DNA of 64,000 nt from Eledone cirrhosa (GCA_964016885.1 OZ024759.1:22630001-22694000); one strand, 5' to 3'; shown: positions 32,620 through 48,453, counted from the first letter of the stretch. Notes: generated by a model not told the origin, from the letters alone. Numbers and translations: made by a program.

Positions 32620-33270
32620 TAATAGAATGAAACAAAATTTCATTTCTCACTCTTAGTACGGCAGTTACTTAAATGTAAGTATGTATGTATACGTACATAC
32701 ATATATGTATACTGATGTACAGTAGTATGTATATATATACATACATGCACACATAAATATATGCACGTATCGGTTTACCGAACATCTATTATAATGCTCG
32801 GTTTGTTTGTAAACAAACAAACAGCCCGAATTATGCCGTACAGTGTTTAGGCAACCACGTCACCTTTTTGTTCAACACTGACACAGGAACGATGTACTAA
32901 TTTCAAGCTTATTAGCTATCGTCAGCATCGAATACCTTCCTGCAAAATGGTTGAACGTCTGAAAGTATATACTTTCCTTATGCATATTAACGACTGAGCA
33001 GCCTAATTTGCATATCGAGTGAGTTTAGTCGGCCGGGCGCACCAAAAACGATAAATGGAATAGAATGAAACGAAATTTCATTTCTCACTCTTAGTACGGC
33101 TGATACTTAAATGTAAGTATGTATGTATATGTACATAAACAAACCAGGCATTATAATAGATGTTCGGTAAACCGATACGTGCATATATATATATATATGT
33201 GTGCATGTATGTATATATATACATACTACTGTACGTCTGTATACATATATGTATGTACGTATACATACAT
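32620..33270 (-). mobile_element. Hammerhead-containing unit with a 438-bp direct repeat and an inverted flank (Penelope/retrozyme-like)
   Basis: AATAGAATGAAAC...GTAAGTATGTATG at 32621 and 33059. 32685-32810 is repeated inverted at 33135-33270. Hammerhead at 32890-32930 between the direct repeats. Confidence 0.65.
32890..32930 (-). ncRNA. Type I hammerhead ribozyme (minus strand)
   Basis: Minus strand reads CGATG-CTGACGA-TAGCT AATA AGCTT-GAAA-TTAGTA-CATCG: perfect 5-bp stem I, AGCT/AGCT stem II with a T-T first pair, near-palindromic ATTAGT stem III, GUA site. Confidence 0.75.
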
Positions 33271-33370
33271 ACATATATATTTATATATGTATATATATAC
33301 ATATATATATTCATATATATATATCTAAATATATATATATGTACATATATATATACATACATATTTATAT

Positions 33371-33664
33371 ATATATATATGTACATATATATATACATAC
33401 ATACACACATATATCTATATGTACATATATATACATACATATATATATATACATATGTACATATATATATACATACATACACACATATATCTATATGTAC
33501 ATATATATACATACATATATATATATATATATGTACATATATATACATACATATATATATATATATATATGTACATATATATACATACATACATAAACAT
33601 ACATACATATATATATATATATGTACATATATATACATACATACATATATAAACATACATACAT

Positions 33665-33700
<36 letters not shown>

Positions 33701-33745
33701 ATGAAAAGTATAGAAAACATTGTAGCAAAAAGCCAACAGTATTCC

Positions 33746-33785
<40 letters not shown>

Positions 33786-34064
33786 TATATATATACATAC
33801 ATACACACATATATCTATATGTACATATATATACATACATATATATATATACATATGTACATATATATATACATACATACACACATATATCTATATGTAC
33901 ATATATATACATACATATATATATATATATATGTACATATATATACATACATATATATATATATATATATGTACATATATATACATACATACATAAACAT
34001 ACATACATATATATATATATATGTACATATATATACATACATACATATATAAACATACATACAT

Positions 34065-34100
<36 letters not shown>

Positions 34101-34145
34101 ATGAAAAGTATAGAAAACATTGTAGCAAAAAGCCAACAGTATTCC

Positions 34146-34180
<35 letters not shown>
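33371..34180. repeat. Exact 400-bp tandem duplication of TA/TACA-rich sequence
   Basis: Blocks at 33401 and 33801 are identical. The 50-bp unique core occurs at 33699 and 34099. Confidence 0.85.
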
Positions 34181-34186
<6 letters not shown>

Positions 34187-34336
34187 TTCAAACCCATATT
34201 AATTGCTAGCAAAATAATGAGATTGCTATGACATATACACCATGGCTTTTTCATATTTATAAATATACGTATTATTACTTATGCGGTTTCTGCTGATTGT
34301 ATAGTAACAATTGTATGAAGACAATTGAGGCAATTA

Positions 34337-34403
<67 letters not shown>

Positions 34404-34953
34404 TTATACATTTGTATATACTCACATATATATATGTTTCTATATGTATCCCCCTGTCTCTCTCTCTCTCTATATATATATATATAAATATATATATGTA
34501 TATATCTATCTATCATCTTTCTCTCCCCACCTCTCTCTTTATATATATATACATCCATACATATAAATATTTATATATATACACATACATTCATTTAAAT
34601 ATATATATACATACAGATACATTCATTTAAATATATCTATACATACAGATACATTCATATAAATATATATATATATACATAAACATATAAATATATATAT
34701 AAATATTTATATACATATATATATATAAATATTTATATACATATATATATATATATATATACACATATATACATATATATATGTACATTGGTGTACAGTG
34801 TATAGAAACATATACATAACAGTAGAGAACGTGCCTTCACCTTCTTTCTGTATAACAATTCCACAAGATGTATTATCTCAGATTTTTTGGAAATAATTCT
34901 AATTCACGTATGTTGTATCAAAGACATGGATGTAAATAGAAATATACATAGAT

Positions 34954-35033
<80 letters not shown>

Positions 35034-35098
35034 GTGTGTGTGTATGTCTCTTTGTACTATGAATATAGTATGTAAAATATATATATATATATACACAA

Positions 35099-35203
<105 letters not shown>

Positions 35204-35224
35204 CACATATATATATATATATAT

Positions 35225-35266
<42 letters not shown>

Positions 35267-35733
35267 GTATTTTTCAATTCTATCTTTGAAATACATGGAC
35301 GACCCCTCCACAAAAAAAAAAAAAAATAATAATTAGATAAACAAAAAATAGAAAAAGACAATTTAAAAGAAATCGGGGGAAAAACAGAATGTTATATCTT
35401 GGAGAGGTGGTTTGTTTTTCTGGAAATAATAATTATGTTTGTATTCCTAAACAAAACCTATTCCGATTCTACTTTTACCGAACAAAGACTTGCTGATCAT
35501 GAATGACAAATAGGCTTCTATGAGGAATATAGGATTAATTCACACTATAACGTAAGAATACTGGTTCACCATACTGAGTAGACTGAAGTGTGTTTGTGTG
35601 TGTCTGAAAACAAGAAAGACCAGAACGTGCGATCTTTCTTAATTTGATTAAGCAATTCTTGTGAATAGGACAATTCAAAGATGGTGAAGCTGTTCAATAA
35701 GAGGTACATTGCATTATAGAAAATATATTAAAT

Positions 35734-35792
<59 letters not shown>

Positions 35793-35974
35793 CTGTATAT
35801 ATCTTTATAATAAGATGCAAGTCTCCCCGACAACAAATTTGTTCTAGATTTGTTTGGGAAACGACAATGTGATAACATGCGCCTAACTTCCCACTCTTAC
35901 GTACGTTGTCGAGAAGGTGACCAACAGTGGAATACACAGTTATCTATAACAACCTACCTATCTATCACCGAAGA

Positions 35975-36990
35975 ATAAAAAGAGCCCCCACCCATCCATC
36001 TAATGGCGCTTCCCCCCTATTGGGAATTTCGACCCTCAACTTCAGGAGCGTGTTGTGCAAGTGCTCCTTTCTTCCTGTTGCTCTCTTCTTCAACCTACAG
36101 GTTTATATACAGAGTAGGCCCAATCAGTCGGGCTATTTTTGCCACATTCACCCACCTTTCAGTAAATTTACTGGGGTGCAGTGTCTCTCTCTCCACCCTG
36201 AATCTCCTTCTAACGTGGTTCCTAAAGAAGGGAATGAGTTGTTGTCCGGAGAGAAAGGCATCTGTCCTCAGTCCTCTCAATCTCGTCCACCATATAACCT
36301 CTTTCACCATAGCCACTATACAGAGGAAAACCGCCTCTCTTTCGTTTTTGAAAGAAGTTGGCGGTTTGATCCTTACTATGGACTCGGCAGTCGATTGGAT
36401 TTGTCCCATACGCGCCAGCAGTTGTTCTGCATAGTTCCACAGGTCGGTTACGCCCGGGCAGTGTACAATTGCGTGCAAGACGGTTTCAATGTCCTGCTCG
36501 CATCTTGGACACGTCCTCTTGAAAGGATCCCTGCCGGGGCGTCCGTGCCTGTAGATCTTGTCACGAACTGGTAGAGCTCCTCGGTAGCACTGCCAGGCCA
36601 GGGACCTCTGGAAGTTGTCCATAGGTCCCGGGCGGAAAGTCCTACCAAACAGACTGGTGAGTTCGTCATTTTCGACGCCTAGAGTCTCTCCGAGCACGTC
36701 TTCGCCCTTGTGACGTACTAACCCCCTATAGAATGTCGAAGTGGAGTCTCCACTGATTGCCGTGCCCGCTTGACAGAGGACTGTGAGCGCCTGAGCTCAT
36801 TCAATGTGCCAGGCGCCCATCTTCTTTGGTCTCCGCTTGACCCAGGACTGCAGCTCCGTCAGCGAGACAAGTTGCGGGAAGGCCTGTCTCACAAACGGTG
36901 CCCACACCGGTTGGAGGTCGGTGAGGAATACCTGTAGATGCCGTAACCTCAGCACATGCTTGCGGCATTCCCAGCCCTCCGTTGGAAGGG
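35975..36990 (-). mobile_element. L1/Tx1-clade LINE 3' fragment
   Basis: ORF 36095-36697 has a zf-RVT-like region, LAWQCYRGALPVRDKI...CPRCEQDIETVLHAIVHCP..LW. The same frame continues upstream past an in-frame stop at 36797-36799. Confidence 0.8.
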
Positions 36991-37492
36991 TGCTAGCTAG
37001 ATAGATAGCTAGCGAGATAGATAGATATGTGGATGGATAGTTAGCTAGCGTGATGGATAAATAGATAGGTCAATAGATAGATAGATATATTTCTTTATTA
37101 AATAGATAAAAAACTAGATAGATAAAAAACTAGATAGATAGAATTAATTTAATGCATATATAATAATGATTAAATAATATATGTGAGTCTTTTAAGCCGT
37201 GATCATGTCACAGCTTAAAATACCTACAGCGATAATTATGTATGTTTATTATATATAAACATATTAAATATGTTTCCATATAGGCAGGAGTAGGTAGACA
37301 GACATATAGATGTATAGATTGATTGATAGATAGATATATAGAAAAAGAATATGACAGACATAAGTAAAAGTTATATAGAGGCTTAGAGTATGACAGATTA
37401 TATATATATATATATATAAAGATATATATATATATATATATCCCATTTCAGGTTTTTATCTGTCTGTCATGCTCTAAGTCTTTATCTATGAC

Positions 37493-37555
<63 letters not shown>

Positions 37556-37665
37556 GGGGGGGGGGGTGAGAATTAAAGGCAGATAGAAAAAGGATGTGAT
37601 GTAGACATGAAATGATAGAGTCTATATTTAGGTAACAATAGAAGGATAGATAGAGCAGGAGCGAA

Positions 37666-37756
<91 letters not shown>

Positions 37757-37931
37757 TATATATAGATAAAGAAAACAGAGACGGGGAGAGAGAGAGAGAC
37801 AATGAGAAAGAGAGAGAGAGAGAGAGAGAAATATATATAGATAAAGAAAACAGAGACGGGGAGAGAGAGAGACAATGATAAAGAGAGAGAGAGAGAGAGA
37901 GAAATATATATAGATAAAGAAAACAGAGACG

Positions 37932-37970
<39 letters not shown>

Positions 37971-38162
37971 AGTGAAAAGATTAGCACATTCAATAATCGT
38001 CTTAACACACTTATTACAATAGTTTAAAGTAAAAATAGAACAGAAATAAGTTTAAATCGGATTAGAGTTTGGTTGATTTTGTGAAAATCAAGCAAAATAA
38101 CTTGAATCTCTTTCTTAGAGTAAAACGCTTTACAAACGATTTGGAAACAAAGGTAAGGTATA

Positions 38163-38232
<70 letters not shown>

Positions 38233-38299
38233 GAGAGATAGATATAGACAGATAGATATAGATAGATTGTGGGAGAAAGAAAGCGAAATAATAATAATA

Positions 38300-38725
38300 A
38301 TAAATGTTTCTACTTTTGGCACAAGGCCACCAATTACCCAGTGCATTACTGGTACTTTATTCTATCGACCCAGAAGAATAATAATAATGATTTCTGATTT
38401 AGGCACAAGGCCAACAATTTCTTACAGGGAATGTCGATTAAATCGATCTCAGTGCATTACTGGTACTTTATTTTATCGACATCGTAAGGATGAAAGGGAA
38501 AGTTAACCTCAGCAGGATTTGAACTCGGAATGTATAGGGTTCAAATCCCTTAATAACAATGGTTTCTACTATAGGCATAAGGCCAACAATTTGGGGGAAG
38601 GGGAATGTGGATTAAATCGACCTCAGTGAGTTACTGGTACTTTATTTTATCGACCTCGTAAGGATAAAAGGCAAAGTTATCCTCGGCGGGATTTGAACTC
38701 GGAATGCATCGGGTTCAAATCCCTT
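38300..38725 (-). mobile_element. Three partial SINE family 1 copies separated by (TAA)n
   Basis: Repeated GGCACAAGGCCA...ACTGGTACTTTATTTTATCGAC...GGATTTGAACTC. Confidence 0.75.
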
Positions 38726-38741
38726 AATAATGATGATAACT

Positions 38742-38930
38742 GAAATTGAGAAAATGTGACATTTTAACGCCTGTACAATACCAGTGATAGTCGGTGCATG
38801 CGGAATGATTAACAAGGGAGCTAAAAAGATATTTGGACCAAATACCCGGAAAGCTACCCTGCAAGAGATACAGAAAATAGAGCTGACTGGCACTGTCCAT
38901 AATCTGAGAAGGGCTACATTATCAATTTAA
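38742..38930 (+). mobile_element. R4/Dong-type LINE C-terminal fragment
   Basis: Translates EIEKM*HFNACTIPVIVGACGMINKG...LQEIQKIELTGTVHNLRRATLSI*, matching the R4/Dong RLE C-terminus pattern (IPVIVGALG; IQK..L.GT.HILR). Adjacent to TAA repeats. Confidence 0.7.
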
Positions 38931-39310
38931 CCCTTTAACATTTACTGGATTGGCAGTATCGGTCTGAGGTCATGCTTTGCAGCAAAGAGTTACGGCGCTT
39001 TATGATCTGAGTTCAAATCCCGCCGAGGCTAACTTTGCCTTTCATTCTTGTGGGGTAGATAAAATAAAGTACCAGTAATGCACTGGGGTAATTGCTGGCC
39101 TTGTGCCAAAAGTAGAAATAATTATTCTATAGTTACTGTATTTTCACGATAAACGCTTTATTTCACATAATATCGAAACTACGAGATTTTGATATTATTT
39201 ATTTTGAGAACAATACCTTAACATAAATATGAGCAGCCGGTTATGTCCGGTTTGAACAGAAAGAGGCAAGAGAATTCTGACCCGATATGACCGGTTTAAA
39301 TGCTAAAGGG
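38931..39310. mobile_element. piggyBac-type MITE interrupted by a SINE family 1 copy (38946-39125, +)
   Basis: TTAA-CCCTTTAACATTT...AAATGCTAAAGGG-TTAG; homologous to 27711-27915. Confidence 0.7.
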
Positions 39311-40047
39311 TTAGATACATTGCAATGATATTTACTCTTTATGCTCTTATGGTATCATTTGTATGACAATTGATTGTAAAATGTGGGTATGACGAAAGCC
39401 AGACTCATGCGTCAGTTTGACATTTGGCAACAGGGGCCTCGTTTGCCTTAAAAATGTGAGGGGGACAAACCAACATTTGTTGATTCTTAAAGCAACATGT
39501 TAGTTTTGCTTATGGTACCTTTTCTGGACCCTATCACATAAGTAGAATGTTACGCAAATTAAATTTTATATATTCAAATGAAGTTCAGATATAAATTCTT
39601 TTTAAGCTTATTTTTTTTAAATATCAAATAAACAAAAAATAAGACATAGACGTTTGAAAAAGTTGGGGGACTTGTTCCCTGGTACCCCTTGCTTGGTAAG
39701 ATATGGGAAGTGTGAAATAACTATAGTAATTTCACGGCATTAAGATTTTATTAAACTGGTCGATATGACTTTTTGTCAGGGTATTGAAAGCTTAAGATAA
39801 AGAAGCCTTCTGGCCCCTGTTCATCACTGTTAGTTGACAGTACTTTGCCTTTCATCCTTACGGGGTCGATAAAATAAAGTACCAGTAATGTACTGGGTAA
39901 TTGCTGGCCTTGTGCCAAAAGTAGAAACAAGTATTTTTCGGAGGATATGAGCAGTGCCCAGAAATACAGAATGCTATCATACCTCATCATTAGCAATATT
40001 TCTGTTACTTGCTAATGACCAAACGGAGAAGGCCTACAGTTACGACT

Positions 40048-40136
<89 letters not shown>

Positions 40137-40256
40137 TTAAAGAGTTAAACAAGATCCAATGAGTATATCAAAGAATGAGTTTTACAGTAGATTGGAAGCA
40201 CTACCTTGATTCAATCTTAACCATTTAACATCTCAGGGTATGTCAAGTATCATTAT

Positions 40257-40309
40257 ATTTTGTCTGATGAGGACGTACTGTTGTACCTCCGAAATATGTA
40301 TAATAAAAT
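40257..40309 (+). ncRNA. Type I hammerhead ribozyme
   Basis: Stem I ATTTTGT/ATAAAAT; CTGATGA(40264-40270); stem II GGA-C-GTAC TGTT GTAC-C-TCC; GAAA(40291-40294); stem III ATATGTAT; AUA site after 40302. Confidence 0.85.
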
Positions 40310-40349
40310 TTAATTGATCAAAAGAACATCTATTTTATTAATATTTGTA

Positions 40350-40393
<44 letters not shown>

Positions 40394-40462
40394 TATATAT
40401 TTATATATAGTTGAGTACTAACCTTAGGTGCTTTCCGCACAGATATATATGCACAGAGATAT

Positions 40463-40507
<45 letters not shown>

Positions 40508-40537
40508 AATATATATATGTACAGAGAAAGTGAGGGA

Positions 40538-40577
<40 letters not shown>

Positions 40578-40672
40578 GAGTACTAACCTTAGGCCCTTTC
40601 CGCACAGAGATACGCACACACATAAACACACACACACATATATATGTGTGCAGAGAGAGAGAGAGAGAGAGA

Positions 40673-40745
<73 letters not shown>

Positions 40746-41321
40746 CGTAGAATATCTGTGATTTTAAGCTAAAACACATGTGTCCCATCTATATATCTGC
40801 AATGTTATCAAATGGCTTAGGAACAAAATGTGCACTGAAAAAACAAAAAAAAAAAACAAAAAAAATCTACCCCCCTAACAATAACAACATATTGCAAATG
40901 TGGAATAAATAAATATGTTTAGAATGATGCAATATGCCTGCTATTTATTCTCTGTTCTTTATATTATCGAAATTTGTTGCTAAGATGCTTTTAGGGAAAT
41001 TGTGGCTTCGCTATGTTGTGTAATACTTTTTAAACTAGACATTGTTTCGTATTATTGTTATTGTTGTTATTCCTCCTTTTAGTTTCGTATTAGAGTTATG
41101 GCTTGTTTGTTATTCTTTACTGTAAACTGTTTTATTTTTGTGTATATTTGATGTTTCTACTAGATGTTTTTCTTTATATATATTCCATCGTACAACCCTG
41201 AAAGAAATCTTTTCATTTTTATTATGTTATGTTGTTTAGTTCTTATACAATGAAGTTCGTGGTTTACACGTTCGTGTAATATTAATAAAACAACAACAGG
41301 TACAACAAGCACAATATAAAC

Positions 41322-42490
<1,169 letters not shown>

Positions 42491-42542
42491 TCAAAACAAT
42501 AGTAGGATAGCAAATGTTTTTACTGTTCTAACGCACTCAGTT

Positions 42543-42590
<48 letters not shown>

Positions 42591-43794
42591 TATTATAATT
42601 ATATATGTACTTTATTTTGCCTTAATATATTTTATTCTTCCGTTCAGCTACTCGCGGCTTTATTCCAAGAGACGCTGCTAAATCCCTAGCTCCCACCAAA
42701 CAAAATGGAGATAGTTTTTTGTGTGTGTTTGTGTACTTTAATTTATTAAAACGACAAACATACAAACAAACAACTCAGAGATATATTATTTCTATTACAC
42801 CACCACCACAACCACCATGATCACGACGACGACGACCACCACCATAACCATCACAAACACCACCACAACCATCACCACGGCGACCACGACCGCCACCATG
42901 ACCACCACCACAACCACCATCATCATCACTTCTACTTCTTCGCCACCTCCATTATCTCGTCTTCTTCTTTCTCCGTCAACCCCTCCTTTTCTATCACCTC
43001 AACCCCCCCCCCCCCCCCCTACACCCGACTACCACCCTCACACAGCATCCACCTTCTTCTCTACTATCACCTTCTCTTCCACCACTCCATCCTCCTCCTC
43101 CCCTCCTTTTCCATCACCTCCACCCACCACCCCTTCTCCTCAACCCCAGCACCCTCTTCTCCACTCCCTTCTTATCAACCCATCACCTCCTTCTCCACCC
43201 CCGCCACGACATCCTTCTATTTCTTGCTGCTGGTATGAAAAATGTATTTTTACTGTGACAAACATCTTCCAGGTGCCACCTACACCAGATAATATTTTTC
43301 TGAAGTTACTTTGTATGTGAACAAAAGTAAAAAGTAAAACGTAAAAAGTAAAAAAAAAGAAAGAAATACGCACGAAACTCCTCCATTTCCCAAACGCCAT
43401 CTTACCCCGGCGTCAGTAATCCCCCTTATACCCTATCATCATAATTTCAAGGTGCTGCAGTTATTGTGACGCCGACACATGCCCCCCGCCTTCTCAGCTA
43501 ACTATATTTAAAGATTAGCTAACGAGAAAATCCTCTGTGTAGTCATTCAATTCGATCTGCTAGAAATAGCGACCAAATTCATTCAAATTTCATCAACCTG
43601 CCTAAAAAAAGACAAAAAGCAAAAACAAACAAACAAACAAACAAAAAAAAACGCAAAAAACGATGTGTTGGATATAATGTGGCCATAGGTTCCCCTTAAT
43701 ATACAAAACAATATGAACTGGCCATGGCTGGAATCTCTGGGTGAATAAAGTACCGAGTTCTGAGGCAGTGATTTGGACCTGATGCTTTACAGGA

Positions 43795-44050
43795 TCTATT
43801 CTGGCCCTGTCCAGAATCTAGACCCCCTCTGCTAAGAGTTGCTGGTTCAGTGCAGAATCTAGCCTCCTTCAGCTAAGAGTTGCTGGTTCTGTCCAGAATC
43901 TAGCCTCCCTCTGTTAAGAGTTGTCGGCTGCCTCCAGAATCTAGCCTCCTATAGCCTCCTTCTGTCGAGAGTTCCTGGCTCTGCACAGAATCTAGCCTCC
44001 TTCTGCCAAGAGTTCCTAGCTCTGTGCAGAATCTAACTTCCTTCTGCCTA
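43795..44050. repeat. ~40-bp minisatellite, about 6 units
   Basis: CAGAATCTAGCCTCCTTCTGCTAAGAGTTGCTGG.TCTGT repeated with divergence. Confidence 0.85.
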
Positions 44051-44103
44051 AAGTTGTAATATAGATATTTCAATAGTTCAGATTCATCATCTAATTATGA
44101 AGT

Positions 44104-44347
44104 AAAACTTAGGTGATTTGATAAGTTGTTGATTGCAGAATTAGTTATATAAGATAACAGGATTACGGCGAACATAAACAGAGAATATAAAATTGATTCG
44201 TTCCGAGGATACCATTGCAATAACACCGAACAGGCAAGCCATTTCCGAATCAAATCTATCCTCTGTTCTCTGTTTGTATTCGCCGTAAAGCAGTTACCTT
44301 ATATAAACAATTCTGCTATCAACACTTGATGAACTCGCCTAAGTTTT
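44104..44347. repeat. Diverged long inverted repeat (MITE-like fold-back)
   Basis: AAAACTTAGG.GA...GCAGAATT...TTACGGCGAA...AAACAGAGAA mirrored by TTCTCTGTTT...TTCGCCGTAA...AATTCTGC...CCTAAGTTTT. Confidence 0.7.
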
Positions 44348-44825
44348 GCAGAATTAAGATTTTAAAGAAAGTTTCCAGTCAAGCCTTCTATTGATTTTAA
44401 TATATATATATATATATATATATTTAGTTATACTTCATTGGTATTTACCTATTTATAGTAGGGACAATGGCACTATTAGAACTCAATGTAGTAGTAGTAG
44501 TAGTAGTAGAAGTACGAATTTGAATATCCTGATGAAAAAAAGATTACGTTTTTGTGGAAGATTGACATAATATTAAATTTTGATGAGTATTCAAGAGAAC
44601 TACAGAGTTGGATATATAGGTCGAACAATGAAAACAACAACAAAAAAAGGCACAAAAAATGATTAACTATTTTAGCACTAAACTACGCCTGCTTACACAG
44701 ACATTCACACATATATGTATATATATATATACATACATACACGCACAGACATATATATGTATGTATATATATTTCTATGTTTCACTCTTTATATATATAT
44801 ATATACATATATACATATATATTTG

Positions 44826-44901
<76 letters not shown>

Positions 44902-44990
44902 GTATGTATGTATATCTATCTTAATAGATTTCTCCTTCTGACCAATTTTTCTAGCCAAGTTATTCCTGTTATTCATGGTACTATACTTAT

Positions 44991-45172
44991 ATTGGCAGTA
45001 TCGGTAGAGGGTCGGACGCCATGCTTTCCAGCATAGTTACGTCCCTTTACGATCTGAGTTCAAATCCCGCCGAGGTTGACTTTGCCTTTCATCCTTACGG
45101 GGTCGATAAAATAAAGTACCAGTAATGCACTGGGTAATTGCTGGCCTTGTGCCTAAAGTAGAAACAATTATT
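44991..45172 (+). mobile_element. SINE family 1, full length
   Basis: Complete consensus with B box GAGTTCAAATCC and (TTA)n tail. Nearly identical to 61421-61608. Confidence 0.85.
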
Positions 45173-45453
45173 ATTATTATTATTATATATTTCAATCATG
45201 AGTTACGAGTGGTAGACAGTATCAACAATGGAAAGACCACTCTAGTTTTCCTACGACACATCTGAAGTTCAGTTCTATTCAATTCCATTCGTTTCGTTTC
45301 ATCCTTCTCTTGGTAAAACTCCTCGTTATGTCCATTGAAATACTGGAGTCTCAATGCTATTTACTTTTAATAGCATTACTTTCCCTTTTATCATTAAAAT
45401 TCTATAGTGAGGTGCACACATAATTACTGTAATTAAAAATCGATTCCCCAGCC

Positions 45454-45496
<43 letters not shown>

Positions 45497-45769
45497 TTAT
45501 TTTTGTGCTATTTGAAGTAATAGAAATGTAATTAGCTCATGCTAGCTACTTACAGCCAAATTCACTGCGATGAAATATAAATAAAAGTGTTAAATTGGGA
45601 AGATATTTTAGATAGATAGGTTTGTATTATTTTATATATAAAGAATTCTAGGAAGAAAACAACCCAGATACTTCAAATGCAGAGATAGTCCGGCAGTAAA
45701 AAAACTTTGGCCCAGAAAGCAAGAGTTTCCATGTTCGATGTCAAACTACTTGAAAAAACTACACAACAC

Positions 45770-45815
<46 letters not shown>

Positions 45816-46382
45816 TGTGTGTGTGTGTGTTACAAGTCGGCATAGCCACACATCTATCCATCTCTCTTAACCTTTGAAAATCATGAAACATGTAAAATGA
45901 AACCGGTAAAATTATAAATTATTGTAAATAATCCTTCTTAAAAACTCTAATTGCATCTCAACCTATTTTTCCTTTATATATATATATATATATATAAATA
46001 TATATAAGGGTTAAAATACTGGAGCGTGTTGGAGTTAAACACCCGCTTCGTATTATAGAAATGACAGTAAAAGGTATAGCTCAATGTAGTTAAACAGAGC
46101 CGAAAAGTTAAGATATATATATAAGACTTCAGTTCATAATTTACTTCTTTTATTACCGTTATATATATTTCGGTGAGAGCCACAATTCAACAACTATGAC
46201 CTCTTTTGACAGAAGCAAGACACACGAAACAAAGTTTTATAGATGTATATATATATATCTACACACACACAGACACACATATAATATTAATCAGAATATG
46301 TTAGTTTAACACCAACACTTCAGTAAGCAACGTAGAGCACTCAACGAAGTGAAAATATCAGCAACTAAAAATAACCATTATA

Positions 46383-46418
<36 letters not shown>

Positions 46419-47297
46419 GATACTACTACTACTACTCCTCACAGAACAGAGCCGGCAGATTAATTGTAAATACCAGCTTAAATACAACGAAACCTCCAAC
46501 CATAACCATCTTCCATCTTTCTTTATCATCCATATCATCATCATCACCATCATCAAGAAAAACATGAAAAACAACAGCAACAGCAGTAACTGCAGCAACG
46601 GCAATTTTAACACGAAGAAAATGCATTATCTAATTAACAACAACAATAACAACAACAGCTACACCACACCACAGCTAGAAAAACAACTACAATAACACAC
46701 CACCAACAACCATATCTACCACACACCACCACCACCAACAACAACAGCTAAAATAACAACCACAGCAACAACAACACACCACCACCTACAACACTAACAA
46801 CAACACACCAGCACCACAACAACAACAACTACAGCTACAACACACTGCCACCACCAACAACACACCACCACCTACAACAACAACTACAACACCCTACCAC
46901 CACCAACAACACACCACCACCTACAACAAAAAACCACAGCTACAACACCCTACCACCACCTACAACACACCACCACAGCTACAACACCCTGCCACCACCA
47001 ACAACACTAACAACAACACACTACCACCGCCACAACAACACACCAACAGATTGCGACCAAAACCACAACCGCCACCATCACTACAACCAACACCATCGCC
47101 AACAACACCACCATCACCTGCAACACCACCACCAACGACAACAACAACGGAAATGAAAAGCATCGCCATAAAAAAGAATATGGCCAAGGTCACCCCCGTA
47201 AATACCGGAAGTTGGGTAGAATGGGTAGCTCTCTAGTATAGAATTACAAACCTAAAAATCAATACATTGTTCATATATATATATATATATATATATA

Positions 47298-47462
47298 GTA
47301 ACGAGTAGGACCCCGACGGCTGAGCTCAAGCCGTTTCGACGGCTAATTCTTGAGAGCTCAGCCGTCGGGGTCCTACTCGTTCCTATTACCCACTCTACTA
47401 CCCTAAGTATTGAGTACTTTGGTGCGTTATGGTCCATCTGGTTCCGTACCACATTTCCTTCG

Positions 47463-47464
<2 letters not shown>
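47298..47464 (+). mobile_element. Family A element (internal deletion in the plus arm)
   Basis: Inverted head plus conserved tail, in (TA)n. Confidence 0.75.
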
Positions 47465-47507
<43 letters not shown>

Positions 47508-47780
47508 AGAAAAAAAGAGAATCAGTGTTGCGACGAATGGAATTTATTGGACATATTACAATCGTTTCGAGGCACGATTGATTTGATGAACGAACCTGAC
47601 TCTGAAAATCGCAAGGTCTTCAGATACGTCTTGATTCTACGAAGCAGGTTTTCCTATAAGATTTTTGTTTTCTGTGATATCATATTCTGCTTTATGAGAG
47701 CATCGAGTGCTCCAACGGCCTACCGCAAACGGACGCTTTAAGCATCTAATACCAATTATATATATATATATATATATATA

Positions 47781-47955
47781 TAAATGACTTCTACAGGACT
47801 AGAACTGTTTCATTCGAGAGAAATCATCAGGGTTTCCTGATGATTTCTCCCGAATGAAACATTTCTAGTTCTGTAGAAGCCATTTATATATTAAATATTT
47901 ATACTCTGCTATGTATTGAGTACCTTACAGTGGTTACCCCCGATTGAACCCGGGA
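47781..47955 (+). mobile_element. Fold-back hammerhead-related element, family B
   Basis: Arms CTTCTACAGGACTAGAACTGTTTCATTCGAGAGAAATCATCAGG / CCTGATGATTTCTCCCGAATGAAACATTTCTAGTTCTGTAGAAG, then tail ACTCTGCTATGTATTGAGTACCTT. Confidence 0.7.
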
Positions 47956-48166
47956 TAAACGTATCTATCTATCTCTCTTTCAATTGTTATTTTATTATAT
48001 ATAGTTTATTGTTATTTATTAATGTTAAAGTTATTTTTATGTAAAACCCCCGCCGTCACGTCTTGTAATGTCCCCTTTTTGTACGCCCCTGTGGCAAATA
48101 AAGAAAGATATCTATCTGTCTATATATATTATATAATAATATCCTAGTATAGGCAGCACAAGGCCA

Positions 48167-48224
<58 letters not shown>

Positions 48225-48321
48225 AAGAATGAAGAGTAACATGGTTGGCTGTACAATAAGGGGCTATATTTCAAATACTAATAATTGTTTCATTGATATA
48301 TATATATATATATATATATAT

Positions 48322-48453
48322 GAGAAAGTATGACCCCGACGGCAGAGGTCAAGCCGTCTCAACGGCTATTTCTGGACTCCTATTATCCACTCTACTACCC
48401 TAAGTATTGAGTACTCTTGTGCGTTATGGTCCATCTGGTTCCTTACCTCCGTT
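48322..48453 (+). mobile_element. Degenerate family A element
   Basis: Inverted head remnant joined to the tail CACTCTACTACCCTAAGTATTGAGTAC. Confidence 0.65.

Noticed and set aside
44529-44560. CTGATGA followed by an A5/T5 stem
   Set aside because: No GAAA after the stem and no stem III or cleavage triplet.
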